Shown: piece by piece, positions 9,269 to 20,122 of the stretch
How the letters are laid out: every line of letters begins with the position of its first letter
Numbering within the stretch: the stretch's first letter is position 1
Notes under the pieces: generated by a model
The model's database searches: none
What the model was told of the DNA's origin: nothing
Seen by the model: only the letters and a program-made list of their open reading frames with translations
Program-made: the position numbers and the translations under genes
From: Bacteroidota Order II. bacterium
GTDB taxonomy: Bacteria > Bacteroidota > Rhodothermia > Rhodothermales > UBA2364
DNA: 64,000 bases
Direction of reading: 5' to 3'
Assembly (NCBI GenBank): GCA_016788705.1
Contig: JAEUSQ010000038.1
Location: 2,194-66,193, forward strand

Positions 9269-12055
9269 ATGGAACGTCTTTTTTTACTTGATGGCATGGC
9301 CTTGGCCTATCGTGCACATTTTGCCTTTGCTACACGCCCTTTGATTAATAAAAAAGGCATGGATACCAGTGCTTGTTATGGTTTTGTAGGGACGATGTTG
9401 AGTTTAATTGAGCGCGAAAGGCCCGAACATATTGCCGTGGTGATGGATGCTCCGGGGCCGAATTTTCGTGACGAGATCTACGAAAAATACAAAGGGCATC
9501 GCCCACCCATGCCCGATCCATTGCGTGTAGCCCTGCCTTTTATCAAAGACTTGGTGAAGGCCTTCGATATTCCGATGCTGGAAATTCCAGGGTTCGAGGC
9601 CGATGATGTGATCGGGACGTTGGCCAAACGCGCCGAGGCAGAAGGCCAACATGCCGTAATTGTCTCGCCAGACAAGGATTTTCGGCAACTCTTGGGCCCA
9701 GGTGTTTCCATTCTACGCCCCACCCGAAAAGACGAAGAGTTTGATTGGGTGACGGAGGAAAAATTCCGAGAAGACTATGGCTTGCCGCCCGTAAAATTCA
9801 TAGACGTTTTGGCATTATTGGGCGATACCGCCGACAACGTACCCGGCGTACCGGGTATTGGCGAAAAAACCGCACCAAGCCTGATCCAGCAATATGGATC
9901 GGTAGAAAACCTATTAGAACATGCCGGAGAAATCACCGCAAAACGGGTACGAGAAGGCTTACTCAACAACCGCGATCAAGCCATTATGTCTAAACTACTG
10001 GTCACCATTCATACCGAAGTGACCTTAGATTTAAACTGGCAAAGTCTTGTGCGTACCAAGCCGGATATGGCGGAAATCGGACGTTTATTTGATGAATTGG
10101 AATTTGGAAAAACACTACGAGGCCGCATTCATCGCTATGCCCAATCCTTTCAAGCAGTACCCCAAGCACCGGCAGGAAGCCAAGTAAACCTTTTTGGTGG
10201 ATTTGAACTGCCTACCTCCGGATTGACCGACATTTTGGTACACCCCGATGAGCATAGCTTCGACGCCGAAAAGGTGCAGTACCACTTACTGACCGATCCT
10301 GCGATGCAACAAGCCCTTGGCGACCAGTTGAATCGGGCGACAGAAATCTGTTTTGATACGGAAACAACTGGAACGGATGCGATGATTGCAGAGTTGGTGG
10401 GCTGTTCTACCTCTACCCAAGAAGCCGAAGCCTACTATTTACCCACCTTAGACGCTGCCACCACCCAAACGGTATTGTCGGTATTGAAACCAGCATTGGA
10501 AAATCCTGCCATAACCAAATGTGGTCAGAATGTGAAATACGACTTGCTGATGATGAAACGCTATGGTATCCATTTTAAAGGTCCCATTTTTGATACTATG
10601 GTGGCCCATTTTTTGTTGAATCCGGATGGGCAGCATGGCTTGGACGCCATGAGTATGGAGGTGTTGAACTACAAAAAGATCCCTACTTCGGCGCTTCTTG
10701 GGGAAGGTAAAAAAAACCAAAAAACCATGCGCGAGGTTCCGGTAGAAGTGGTCTCGGACTATGCCTGCGAAGACGCCGACATTACGCTCCGGCTTGCCCA
10801 ACACCTTCGGAAAAGACTGGCAGATGAGGGCCTTTTGTCACTCGCCGAGGAAGTCGAAATGCCTTTGGTTCCGGTTTTAGCACAAGTAGAAGCCAATGGC
10901 ATTTTGGTGGATGTGGCTGCACTCAAGGAATACTCGGTTCAATTGGCCGCCAAACTGATCGAGATGGAACAACAAATTTATGAATCGGCAGGTGGAGTGT
11001 TTAATATTGGTTCTCCCAAACAATTGGGCGAGGTCTTATTTGAACGGCTTAAGTTGCCAAGTGGTAAAAAAACGGCCACCGGACAATACTCTACCGATGA
11101 ACGGGTCTTGCAGGAATTGGCCGTAGAGCATGATTTGCCCGCCCTCATCTTAGATTGGCGCAAATTTTCCAAACTCAAAAGTACGTATGTGGATGCCCTG
11201 CCCACCTTTGCCAATCCTAATACAGGCCGGGTTCATACCAGCTTCCACCAAACCATTGCTGCCACAGGCCGCTTGGCATCCTCTAATCCAAACTTGCAAA
11301 ACATCCCCATCCGGTCTGGTGAAGGGCGTGAAATCCGTCGTGCGTTTATTGCCGCACCAAGGCACGTATTGCTTTCGGCAGACTATTCCCAAATAGAATT
11401 ACGAATCATTGCGCACATGTCTAACGATGATGGATTGATGGAAACCTTTCAGCGTAATGAGGACATTCATACCGATGCCGCCGCACGTATCTTTAAAGTT
11501 GCCCCCGAAGCCGTCACACGCCTACAACGAAACCGGGCCAAAGAGGTGAATTATGGGATTCCTTATGGCATTTCCTCGTTTGGTCTTTCGCAGCGTATGA
11601 GGATTCCCAGAAGCGAAGCCCAATTTTTGATTGACGGTTACCATGCCAGTTATCCCGGTGTTGCCCGATTGATCCTGACCCTCATCGAGGAAGCCCGTAA
11701 AAAAGGATATGCAGAAACCCTGTACGGCCGCCGCCGATACCTGAAAGACATCCACTCGCCAAACCGACAACTCCGGCAAGCGGCTGAACGAGTAGCAGTC
11801 AATATGCCCATCCAAGGCTCTCAGGCTGATATGATTAAAATCGCCATGATCCGTCTCCAGCGGCGATTGGAGCAAGAAAACCTGAAAAGCCGTATGATCT
11901 TACAGGTCCACGATGAATTGCTTTTTGAGGTTCCCGAAGATGAAGTACAGCACATGAAAGCGATCGTCCATAAAGAGATGCAGGAAGCGCTTCCATTATC
12001 AGTACCCATCGAAATCGGGATGGGCGTTGGCCCCAACTGGTTAGATGCACATTAA
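9269..12055 (+). CDS. polA: DNA polymerase I
   Basis: 928 aa. It has a 5'-nuclease N-terminus (LLDGMALAYRAHFA), a 3'-5' exo region (CFDTETTG) and Pol A motifs (DYSQIELRI, RRAKEVNYGIPYG, QVHDELLFE). Confidence 0.97.
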   Translation: MERLFLLDGMALAYRAHFAFATRPLINKKGMDTSACYGFVGTMLSLIERERPEHIAVVMDAPGPNFRDEIYEKYKGHRPPMPDPLRVALPFIKDLVKAFDIPMLEIPGFEADDVIGTLAKRAEAEGQHAVIVSPDKDFRQLLGPGVSILRPTRKDEEFDWVTEEKFREDYGLPPVKFIDVLALLGDTADNVPGVPGIGEKTAPSLIQQYGSVENLLEHAGEITAKRVREGLLNNRDQAIMSKLLVTIHTEVTLDLNWQSLVRTKPDMAEIGRLFDELEFGKTLRGRIHRYAQSFQAVPQAPAGSQVNLFGGFELPTSGLTDILVHPDEHSFDAEKVQYHLLTDPAMQQALGDQLNRATEICFDTETTGTDAMIAELVGCSTSTQEAEAYYLPTLDAATTQTVLSVLKPALENPAITKCGQNVKYDLLMMKRYGIHFKGPIFDTMVAHFLLNPDGQHGLDAMSMEVLNYKKIPTSALLGEGKKNQKTMREVPVEVVSDYACEDADITLRLAQHLRKRLADEGLLSLAEEVEMPLVPVLAQVEANGILVDVAALKEYSVQLAAKLIEMEQQIYESAGGVFNIGSPKQLGEVLFERLKLPSGKKTATGQYSTDERVLQELAVEHDLPALILDWRKFSKLKSTYVDALPTFANPNTGRVHTSFHQTIAATGRLASSNPNLQNIPIRSGEGREIRRAFIAAPRHVLLSADYSQIELRIIAHMSNDDGLMETFQRNEDIHTDAAARIFKVAPEAVTRLQRNRAKEVNYGIPYGISSFGLSQRMRIPRSEAQFLIDGYHASYPGVARLILTLIEEARKKGYAETLYGRRRYLKDIHSPNRQLRQAAERVAVNMPIQGSQADMIKIAMIRLQRRLEQENLKSRMILQVHDELLFEVPEDEVQHMKAIVHKEMQEALPLSVPIEIGMGVGPNWLDAH

Positions 12056-12394
12056 TTCGGATGAATGGCTGTGGGCAGAGCTTTAACTGCTAAGTATTTG
12101 TGATACAAAGATTTATTAGGTATTGTGGAGCTAATTTATCATCCGAGCATTGATAGATAACCACCTTTTGCATCTGTATTCACACGCGCTTCAAGCAAAA
12201 GTGCTGGAGGTTCCATATTTTGTGAAGCCTTAACACAAGAATGCCACCATTTCTTGAATCAGGTATTAAATCATGCATCCTTGAATGCCTTTTTAGGTGA
12301 AGCACTTTTTGTTGCCAGTTCAAAGATGTAGATTGCAACCTGCAATATTTGTATTTACAGCCCTTAACCCGTTCTGGACATAAACGCTTTTTAT

Positions 12395-13744
12395 ATGCCT
12401 TCTAACGGAACGATAAACCTCCGACGTGGATTTGATATTAAGTTGGAGGGAGCAGCATCCAAAACCCTGACCGATCTGGCCATCTCGGCTATTGTGGCCG
12501 TTCAACCGCCCGACTTTCCGCACATAATCCCCAAATTGGTGGTGAAACCCGGAGACGAAGTCCAAGCTGGTGCACCACTTTTCCACGACAAAGACCATCC
12601 GGAATTATTTTTTACCGCACCCGTGAGTGGCGAAGTGGTAGAAATAGTACGGGGAGAAAAACGGCGGATTTTGGAAGTGCGCATTCTTGCGGATAAAAAA
12701 GCGGCCTCCCGTGCCTTTCAACCCATTAACCCCTCTACCCTCTCGCGAGATCAGGTGGTGAACCGCTTGTTAGACAGTGGTGCATGGGTCTTTATTCGTC
12801 AACGGCCCTATTCGCTGATTGCCCGCCCGCATGAAAGTCCGAAGGCCATTTTTGTTTCGGGATTTGATTCTGCACCGCTTGCCCCAGACCTTGGCTTCAT
12901 CTTGGAGCAGTCCGGAAGCCTCTTTCAAACAGGGTTGGACGCACTCGCCAAACTGACGGATGGTAAGGTTCATCTGGGTCTTCCCGTCAATGCCTCTTCT
13001 GTTCTACAGCAAGCACAAGGAGTTACAAAAACCGTATTTAATGGCCCCCATCCTGCTGGTAATGTAGGGGTGCAAATCCATCATGTAGATCCGATCAACC
13101 CGCAAGAAGTGGTTTGGTATGTCCATGCGCAAGATGTGGTAAATATGGGTAGGCTCTTTGCCGAAGGGGTGTATCGTCCGGAGCGAATAGTGGCTCTTAC
13201 GGGTTCTGAGGCCACCGAGCGCGGTTACTTCCGTACCGTACAAGGGGTTCATCTGAAAGACTTACTGGCCAATCGGGTAAAAACGGATCAAGTCCGTTTG
13301 ATTCAAGGCCATGTACTGACGGGGCAAAAGACGTCGCAAGATGCTTTTCTCTCGGCATATACCCATCAAATAACCGCAATTCCGGAAGGCGACCACTATG
13401 AATTCCTCGGTTGGCTTACGCCTGGCTTCGACAAACTAAGTCTATCCCGAACCTTCTTTTCTTGGCTGAATAAGAACAAATCCTATCGGTTAGATACCAA
13501 TTTACATGGTGAAGAACGCGCCTTTGTGGTAACGGGGCAATATGAACAAGTGTTGCCGATGGATATCCTTCCCACCTACTTACTCAAGGCCATCTTGGCC
13601 AACGATTTGGAAAAAATGGAGCAACTGGGCATTTATGAAGTCTCGGAAGAAGACTTTGCTCTTTGCGAATTTGTTTGTACCTCCAAAATAAACGTTCAGA
13701 AAATCATCTCGGACGGCTTGGAAATGATTCGCAAAGAAGGCTAA
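12395..13744 (+). CDS. nqrA: Na+-translocating NADH-quinone reductase subunit A
   Basis: It is the first gene of a six-gene nqr string. The 449-aa size and RGFDIKLEGAA N-terminus are typical of NqrA. Confidence 0.9.
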   Translation: MPSNGTINLRRGFDIKLEGAASKTLTDLAISAIVAVQPPDFPHIIPKLVVKPGDEVQAGAPLFHDKDHPELFFTAPVSGEVVEIVRGEKRRILEVRILADKKAASRAFQPINPSTLSRDQVVNRLLDSGAWVFIRQRPYSLIARPHESPKAIFVSGFDSAPLAPDLGFILEQSGSLFQTGLDALAKLTDGKVHLGLPVNASSVLQQAQGVTKTVFNGPHPAGNVGVQIHHVDPINPQEVVWYVHAQDVVNMGRLFAEGVYRPERIVALTGSEATERGYFRTVQGVHLKDLLANRVKTDQVRLIQGHVLTGQKTSQDAFLSAYTHQITAIPEGDHYEFLGWLTPGFDKLSLSRTFFSWLNKNKSYRLDTNLHGEERAFVVTGQYEQVLPMDILPTYLLKAILANDLEKMEQLGIYEVSEEDFALCEFVCTSKINVQKIISDGLEMIRKEG

Positions 13745-13777
13745 GCCCGGCATATTCAACCCACAACGTAAAGAAAC

Positions 13778-14941
13778 GTGAAAGCACTCCGAAATCTGTT
13801 AGACAAAGTTCAGCCCAACTTTGAAAAAGGTGGCAAACTGGAAAAATTCCATGCCGCTTACAATGCCATCGAGACTTTTTTATTTGTGCCCAACCATACC
13901 ACACAGGGCGGTGTACATATTCGGGACGCAGTGGACTTAAAACGCACCATGTTTACGGTGATTATTGCCCTCTTGCCCACCCTCCTCTTTGGCATGTGGA
14001 ATATCGGCTACCAGCACTATCTTGCCTTTGGTGTAGAAAGTAGCCATACTGAAAACCTATTGTTTGGCCTAATCAAAATAGCCCCCCTGCTGATTGTGTC
14101 TTATGGTGCTGGCTTAGGGGTTGAGATTTTGTTTGCACAAATGCGGGGCCATGCAGTGAATGAAGGTTATTTGGTCACAGGTATGCTCATCCCTTTAACG
14201 CTTCCAGTTACAACGCCACTTTGGATGGTCGCTTTGGCTTCCATTTTTTGTGTGGTGTTGGGAAAAGAGGTTTTTGGCGGAACAGGGATGAACTTCATGA
14301 ATCCAGCCCTTCTCGCCCGTGCATTCTTGTTCTTCGCCTTTCCAGCTTATCTGAGTGGTGAGGTCTGGGTGGACTTAACGCCCGAAGCAGGCCGTGCGCT
14401 CGTAGATGGGTATTCCGGTGCAACATCTTTGGCGGTAGTGGATGCGAATTTCACGGCAACCCCTTCGCCGTGGGATATGTTTATGGGCTTTGAGAAAGGT
14501 TCCATCGGTGAAACCAGTACGCTAATGGCCCTCATAGGTGCTGCATATCTGATTTACACAGGCGTAGGTAGTTGGCGGATCATTCTTTCGGTGTTTTTGG
14601 GTGGTTATCTGATGGGTCTTTTTATGAATGTACTGGCACCCGCCGATGCCCCTACCCACATTATGCACGCACCCGCGTACTATCACCTCATTATGGGCGG
14701 GTTTGCCTTTGGTGCGGTGTATATGGCCACCGATCCCGTTTCTGCGGCACAAACCGAATCTGGAAAATGGATTTATGGTTTCCTCATCGGAGCCTTTACG
14801 GTAATGCTTCGGGTGTTCAACCCTGCGTACCCAGAAGGAATGATGCTCAGTATTTTGTTCTTTAACGTGTTTGCTCCATTGATTGACCATTTTGTGGTTC
14901 AACGGAACATCAATAAACGACTAAAACGTGCACTCCAATAA
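13778..14941 (+). CDS. nqrB: Na+-NQR subunit B
   Basis: Polytopic protein with GKEVFGGTGMNFMNPAL and an FMN-attachment-like region GYSGATSLA. GTG start. Confidence 0.9.
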   Translation: MKALRNLLDKVQPNFEKGGKLEKFHAAYNAIETFLFVPNHTTQGGVHIRDAVDLKRTMFTVIIALLPTLLFGMWNIGYQHYLAFGVESSHTENLLFGLIKIAPLLIVSYGAGLGVEILFAQMRGHAVNEGYLVTGMLIPLTLPVTTPLWMVALASIFCVVLGKEVFGGTGMNFMNPALLARAFLFFAFPAYLSGEVWVDLTPEAGRALVDGYSGATSLAVVDANFTATPSPWDMFMGFEKGSIGETSTLMALIGAAYLIYTGVGSWRIILSVFLGGYLMGLFMNVLAPADAPTHIMHAPAYYHLIMGGFAFGAVYMATDPVSAAQTESGKWIYGFLIGAFTVMLRVFNPAYPEGMMLSILFFNVFAPLIDHFVVQRNINKRLKRALQ

Positions 14942-15644
14942 TTACACCTTCGCCTTTGCGGCCATACTCACCGTAATTGCCGCCGTGCTTCTTGCTTTTG
15001 CCTCGGAAGGTTTACGTCCGCAGCAAGAAGCCAATGTTGCCCTTGAGAAACGATCCGACATTCTCCGGGCCGTACACGCCAAACCAACCAATCCGAACGA
15101 AGTGGTGACGTATTACACCCAAAACGTAGCGGAATTGGTGATTAATGCAAAAGGAGAAACGATTTCGGGATTAAAAGCCTTTGATTTGGCGTTGAAAGAC
15201 GAATACGAAAAACCTGAAAACGAACGCCAACTTCCTTTGTATGTTTATACAGGTAAAGACGGGAAAAAATATTATGTCGTTCCTCTTCATGGGGTGGGGC
15301 TTTGGGGTCCTATTTGGGGCTATGTCTCGGTGAAAGATGATTTCAAGACCGTTTATGGTGCTGTTTTTGACCACAAAGGGGAAACTCCTGGTCTTGGTGC
15401 AGAAATCTCTACCGATATGTTCCAAAAGCCCTTCGAAGGAAAAACCATCGTAGATGAGCAAAACAATTTTGTCTCGGTACGTGTCGTCAAGAAAGGCCAA
15501 AAAGTGGAAGCCGGACCAGCCCACATGGTAGATGCAATCTCCGGCGGAACGATTACGTCGAATGGGGTGGATGCCATGTTATCAAAGTGTTTGAAGCCCT
15601 ATCTACCCTATTTCGAGAAATTAACATCTAACGCTAAACCATAA
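14928..15644 (+). CDS. nqrC: Na+-NQR subunit C
   Basis: Single N-terminal TM and the FMN-binding motif DAISGGTITS. It overlaps nqrB by 14 nt. Confidence 0.9.
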   Translation: MHSNNYTFAFAAILTVIAAVLLAFASEGLRPQQEANVALEKRSDILRAVHAKPTNPNEVVTYYTQNVAELVINAKGETISGLKAFDLALKDEYEKPENERQLPLYVYTGKDGKKYYVVPLHGVGLWGPIWGYVSVKDDFKTVYGAVFDHKGETPGLGAEISTDMFQKPFEGKTIVDEQNNFVSVRVVKKGQKVEAGPAHMVDAISGGTITSNGVDAMLSKCLKPYLPYFEKLTSNAKP

Positions 15645-15650
15645 ACCCTT

Positions 15651-16328
15651 ATGAGTGCAGAAGTAAATGCGCCGGTAAAGCAAGCAGCACCGAAAGAGGC
15701 CCTGTTTTCCAAAAAAAACCGAAAAGCCCTTTTTGATCCGTTAGATGACAACAATCCAGTCTCGGTTCAGGTATTGGGAATTTGTTCTGCCTTGGCGGTT
15801 ACGGTTCAGGTAAAACCTGCCATTATCATGACCTTAGGTGTGGTCTTTGTAACGGCTTTTTCAAATCTTATCATCGCAAGCATTCGCGACCGCATTCCGG
15901 GACGTATCCGCATTATTGTCCAATTGGTAGTGGTAGCAACGTTGGTAACGTTGGTGGATCAGGTTTTGAAGGCGTATATGTATGATGTCTCCAAAAAACT
16001 TTCGGTCTTCGTTGGACTGATTATCACCAACTGTATTGTGATGGGACGTTTAGAAGCCTATGCCATGAGCCAAAAACCTTGGCCTTCATTTTTGGATGGT
16101 ATAGGTAATGGATTGGGGTATGGACTCATTCTGATAGCAGTAAGCATCGTGCGCGAAATCTTTGGATCTGGAACCCTGTTGGGCTTCAAAGTCATCCCGC
16201 AATTTCTATATGACATGGGGTATGTGAACAATGGCTTGATGATGCTTCCGCCTGCCGCCTTATTTATTATCGGTTGCATCATTTGGTGGCAGCGAAGCCG
16301 AAACCCCAAACTTATCAATGTGTCTTAA
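15651..16328 (+). CDS. nqrD: Na+-NQR subunit D
   Basis: 225-aa polytopic protein; NPVSVQVLGICSALAVT is typical of NqrD/RnfE. Confidence 0.9.
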   Translation: MSAEVNAPVKQAAPKEALFSKKNRKALFDPLDDNNPVSVQVLGICSALAVTVQVKPAIIMTLGVVFVTAFSNLIIASIRDRIPGRIRIIVQLVVVATLVTLVDQVLKAYMYDVSKKLSVFVGLIITNCIVMGRLEAYAMSQKPWPSFLDGIGNGLGYGLILIAVSIVREIFGSGTLLGFKVIPQFLYDMGYVNNGLMMLPPAALFIIGCIIWWQRSRNPKLINVS

Positions 16329-16347
16329 AGTTTTAAACAATTAATAT

Positions 16348-16962
16348 ATGGAACATCTTGCAGGCATATTGGTCAAGTCCATCTTTGTGGAAAATGCCAT
16401 TTTTGCATTTTTCTTGGGGATGTGTTCATTCTTGGCTGTGTCAAAATCCATTAAAACGGCCTTTGGGCTGGGCATTGCGGTCATCTTTGTGATGGTACTT
16501 ACAACCCCGGCCAACTATCTGATTCTCACGTATCTGCTTAAAGAAGATGCCTTGGCTTGGATTCACCCCAGTTTGGCGGGTGTGGACCTTACGTTCCTGG
16601 CTTTTATTCTTTTTATCTCGGTGATTGCTGGAATGGTGCAACTGGTAGAAATGATTATCGAGAAGTTTTTGCCCGCCTTGTACAATTCGCTCGGTATTTT
16701 CTTACCCCTGATCACCGTGAACTGCTCCATTTTGGGCGCAGCCTTGTTTATGCAGGAGCGAGAGTATAATTTTGCTGAAACGACTGTTTTCTCGCTGGGT
16801 ATGGGTATAGGATTCTTCCTTGCCATTGTGGCCTTGGCCGCTGTCCGAGAAAAATTGCGTTATTCTCACATTCCAGACCCTCTGAAAGGGCTGGGCATTG
16901 CCATGATCATCACCGGACTTATGGCTTTGGCATTCCTTAGTTTTGCCGGTATTCAACTGTAA
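16348..16962 (+). CDS. nqrE: Na+-NQR subunit E
   Basis: 204-aa polytopic protein; [18 protein letters not shown] and [13 protein letters not shown] are typical of NqrE/RnfA. Confidence 0.9.
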   Translation: MEHLAGILVKSIFVENAIFAFFLGMCSFLAVSKSIKTAFGLGIAVIFVMVLTTPANYLILTYLLKEDALAWIHPSLAGVDLTFLAFILFISVIAGMVQLVEMIIEKFLPALYNSLGIFLPLITVNCSILGAALFMQEREYNFAETTVFSLGMGIGFFLAIVALAAVREKLRYSHIPDPLKGLGIAMIITGLMALAFLSFAGIQL

Positions 16963-16980
16963 AATAAAGTCGCTAAAATC

Positions 16981-18231
16981 ATGTTTACGATACTTGCAGG
17001 TAGCATTGCGGTCTTTTTATTGGTCATCCTGATTTTGGTTTTCCTGATCCTTACGGCAAAGGAAAAATTACTTCCGAGTAAAGATGTCAAGATTATCATC
17101 AACGGTAAAGCCGACGAAGCCATTACAGTTAAACCAGGTAGTACCCTTTTAACAACCTTGGCCGAGCAAAAACTTTTTTTGGCCTCGGCTTGTGGCGGCG
17201 GCGGAACCTGCGCCATGTGTAAGTGCAAAGTGCTCTCTGGCGGCGGTGACGTACTCCCCACGGAGACGAACCACCTCAACCGTCGTCAAGTAGCCGAAAA
17301 AGAACGCTTGGCGTGTCAGGTAAAGGTGAAAGAAGACATGGAAATCGTGATTCCGGACGAGGTGTTCGGGGTCAAAAAGTGGGAATGCACGGTTACATCC
17401 AACGACAATGTTTCTACGTATATCAAGGAGTTTGTGGTGAAGTTGCCGGAAGGTGAAACCCTTGATTTTGATTCGGGCGGATATATCCAGCTGGATGTGC
17501 CGGAGTTGGATCTGGAATTTAAGCAAGACCTGTACAATATTCCGGATCGTTTTCGGGATGACTACGACAAGTACAAAATTTGGGACTTGAAGTTGAAGAC
17601 GGACGAGCCGATTTTCCGGGCTTACTCTATGGCCAACCATCCAGCAGAAGGCAATGTGATTATGTTGAATATCCGTTTGGCCACACCGCCTTGGGATCGT
17701 GCAAAGAATGGCTGGAAAGACGTGCCGCCAGGAATTTGTTCTTCCTATGTATTTTCCCGCAAACCGGGCGATAAAGTAACCATTAGCGGTCCTTACGGCG
17801 AATTCCACATCAAGGACACTGGAAACGAAATGGTGTATATTGGTGGTGGCGCAGGCATGGCCCCACTACGCTCGCAAATTTTCCATTTATTTCATACCCT
17901 TAAGACCGGACGGAAAGTATCGTATTGGTATGGAGCACGGAGCAAACGGGAGATATTCTACGAAGAACACTTCCGGGCCATCGAGCGCGAATTCCCAAAT
18001 TTCCAGTTTAATATTGCCCTTTCCGAACCTTTACCGGAAGACAATTGGACGGGGTATGTGGGCTTCATCCACCAAGTAGTCTTAGACAATTATCTTGGTA
18101 AACACGAAGCGCCGGAAGACATTGAGTATTACCTTTGTGGACCACCCATGATGCTCTCTGCCGTTGATAAGATGTTAGACAGTTTGGGCGTCCCGAAAGA
18201 GAAAATCGCATTCGACGACTTCGGTAGTTAG
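16981..18231 (+). CDS. nqrF: Na+-NQR subunit F (2Fe-2S ferredoxin plus FAD/NADH domain)
   Basis: N-terminal TM, 2Fe-2S motif [15 protein letters not shown] motif RAYSMAN and NAD motif [10 protein letters not shown]. Confidence 0.93.
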   Translation: MFTILAGSIAVFLLVILILVFLILTAKEKLLPSKDVKIIINGKADEAITVKPGSTLLTTLAEQKLFLASACGGGGTCAMCKCKVLSGGGDVLPTETNHLNRRQVAEKERLACQVKVKEDMEIVIPDEVFGVKKWECTVTSNDNVSTYIKEFVVKLPEGETLDFDSGGYIQLDVPELDLEFKQDLYNIPDRFRDDYDKYKIWDLKLKTDEPIFRAYSMANHPAEGNVIMLNIRLATPPWDRAKNGWKDVPPGICSSYVFSRKPGDKVTISGPYGEFHIKDTGNEMVYIGGGAGMAPLRSQIFHLFHTLKTGRKVSYWYGARSKREIFYEEHFRAIEREFPNFQFNIALSEPLPEDNWTGYVGFIHQVVLDNYLGKHEAPEDIEYYLCGPPMMLSAVDKMLDSLGVPKEKIAFDDFGS

Positions 18232-18249
18232 CCAAAACCAAACCAGCCA

Positions 18250-18286
18250 AGCCTGTGTAGAATGTTTTCCGCACAGGCTTTTTTTG
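18250..18286 (+). terminator. Rho-independent terminator after nqrF
   Basis: GCCTGTG (18251-57) pairs with CACAGGC (18272-78) and is followed by TTTTTTT. Confidence 0.7.
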
Positions 18287-18302
18287 TGAAACACGTACAC
18301 AA

Positions 18303-19304
18303 ATGAAACATCTTCTATTCATCTTGTTTGCTATTGGGTTGGCCGGCTGCCAATCCAATAAGGTTTCTGGTGATCATTTGGTAGAGTTGAGTGGGGAGGC
18401 ACAAGGAACCACGTTCTCCATTCGCTACACAGATTCTGCACAACGGGACTTTTCCAAGCCGTTAGATAGCCTCTTTACGGCGGTCAACAAAAGCATGTCC
18501 ACCTGGGATACGACTTCTACCATTTCTAAAATTAACCGAGATGCGGTACACGTACTCGACCCTATGTTCGAGCAGGTTTTCCGGAAGAGTATGGAAGTTT
18601 CGGAAGCCACCGATGGGGCCTTTGATGTCTCGGTGGGGCCTTTGGTAGGCGCCTGGGGATTTGGCTTTAAGAAGGGTGAAACAACCATGCCCCCTCGCAA
18701 AGTGGATAGCTTGCGGGCGTTGATTGGCTATAAAGACCTGAAACTTTCCGGCAATCAGGCGGTGGTCAAACGTAAAGGGATGCAAATTGATTTTAATGCT
18801 ATTGCCCAAGGATATACGGTTGACCTAGTGGGGCAGTTTTTGGAAAGCAAAGGCATAGAGCATTATATGGTAGAGTTAGGCGGTGAGGTTTTTACAAAAG
18901 GAAAAAAACCTGATGGCACGTTATGGCGTATTGGAATAGACAAACCTACCGATCAAGAGACCGAAGGCCGTCCCTTACAAGCGATTGTGAACCTAAGCAA
19001 CAAAGCATTGTCCACTTCGGGAAGTTACCGGAAGTTCTACATCCGGAATGGTGTAAAATATTCCCACACCATTGATCCAAAAACCGGATATCCTGTAAAA
19101 CACAACCTCTTGAGTGTATCGGTTATCGCCAATGATTGCGCCACTTCGGATGCCTATGCCACCGCCTTTATGGTGATGGGTGTTGAAAAAACCTTATCCT
19201 TCATCAAAGGGAAGCCCTTAGAAGTATTCATGATATTTGGCGACGAAAAGGGAGGCTTACAAGTAAAAATGTCGGAAGGGTTTAAAAAATATTTAGCCGA
19301 ATAA
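18303..19304 (+). CDS. apbE: FAD:protein FMN transferase (ApbE), lipoprotein
   Basis: Lipobox FAIGLAGC. MSTWD, FDVSVGPLV..WGF, DFNAIAQGYTVD and GSYRKF...YSHTIDPKTG are ApbE motifs. Its position after nqrF is canonical. Confidence 0.9.
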   Translation: MKHLLFILFAIGLAGCQSNKVSGDHLVELSGEAQGTTFSIRYTDSAQRDFSKPLDSLFTAVNKSMSTWDTTSTISKINRDAVHVLDPMFEQVFRKSMEVSEATDGAFDVSVGPLVGAWGFGFKKGETTMPPRKVDSLRALIGYKDLKLSGNQAVVKRKGMQIDFNAIAQGYTVDLVGQFLESKGIEHYMVELGGEVFTKGKKPDGTLWRIGIDKPTDQETEGRPLQAIVNLSNKALSTSGSYRKFYIRNGVKYSHTIDPKTGYPVKHNLLSVSVIANDCATSDAYATAFMVMGVEKTLSFIKGKPLEVFMIFGDEKGGLQVKMSEGFKKYLAE

Positions 19305-19353
19305 GCCACTTCAAAGGTACGCACCTAAAGGATGTTGGAAAAATGATTGCAAC

Positions 19354-20031
19354 CTATGGTGTCTGCACTGGAAAACCTTTCAGGTACGATAAGGCTTCGG
19401 GGCCATAGTTAAACAATAGATCCAACATACTCAGGTCTGGGTAAAATCCGGCATACACCTGGCGATAAACCACGGGCTTCCAATCCACAAAATGCACGTT
19501 GAGACCAGCCTTTACAGCAAACATGGCTGCTTCCTTGGTGGTCAGAAGAGGTTTTAGCCATGCCATACTCAATTCATTTAGGTTCGTCGGTGGATTGTTG
19601 CCCCAGTCCGACATGCACTCGATGGTTACTTCGTATGCCAAAGCCTTGCACAACCAGCGCAAAGAAGCGGCACTGAGTTGCCCAAGTGTGGTGTAAGGCT
19701 CGGCATAAAATGATGCCAAAGAAGATTCATAATAGTCATACATCGCAGATGACCGATAGTGGTTCTGTAAGGTTTTGAGGTGCGATTCACGCCATTTTAG
19801 TTGGGCATCTTCAAAAGTAACCGCATGAATCGGATCACCAAACCGATACCGCACCGGTACTGAAAGCCAAGCAACTCCCGTATCGGTGCGAATAGAAGTT
19901 CTGTTCTGGTAAGATTGTCGGCTGTACTGGAACGTATCTGCCAAAATCACCCGATCTGCTTGTAGAATGGTAGAAAAGACCGAAATACGCGGAAAAAAAT
20001 CGGGGATACAAATGGCTGTGAAGGTCTTCAT
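19354..20031 (-). CDS. WbqC-like family protein
   Basis: From the ATG at 20031: MKTFTAICIPDFFPRISVFSTILQADRVILADTFQYSRQSYQNRTSIRT..GVAWLSVPV matches the WbqC-like N-terminal pattern. The 33-aa extension in the ORF track is unsupported. Confidence 0.7.
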   Translation of the reverse strand: MKTFTAICIPDFFPRISVFSTILQADRVILADTFQYSRQSYQNRTSIRTDTGVAWLSVPVRYRFGDPIHAVTFEDAQLKWRESHLKTLQNHYRSSAMYDYYESSLASFYAEPYTTLGQLSAASLRWLCKALAYEVTIECMSDWGNNPPTNLNELSMAWLKPLLTTKEAAMFAVKAGLNVHFVDWKPVVYRQVYAGFYPDLSMLDLLFNYGPEALSYLKGFPVQTP

Positions 20032-20122
20032 TAGAATGCGATCAATGGTTGGTAAAAAGCGTTCAGGTGTTTGGCAACGTGTTTTTATAGCGCCTACCAA
20101 ATAAGTATTTTGGTAAAAAAAG

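Noticed and set aside
12056-12394. A 340-bp leader upstream of nqrA, scanned for a riboswitch or small gene
   Set aside because: I found only a short TTGCA-ACC-TGCAA inverted repeat. I recognised no conserved riboswitch core, and the ORF at 12320..12598 (minus) looks spurious.
17149-17808. 219-aa ORF antisense to nqrF. Similar long antisense or alternate-frame ORFs occur at 5859..6395, 7219..7737, 25524..26060, 39183..39803, 46314..46922 and 60744..61427.
   Set aside because: All lie entirely inside strongly supported genes on the opposite strand or in another frame. Their composition is low-complexity and R/G/P-rich, and they contain no recognisable motifs. They are typical shadow ORFs.
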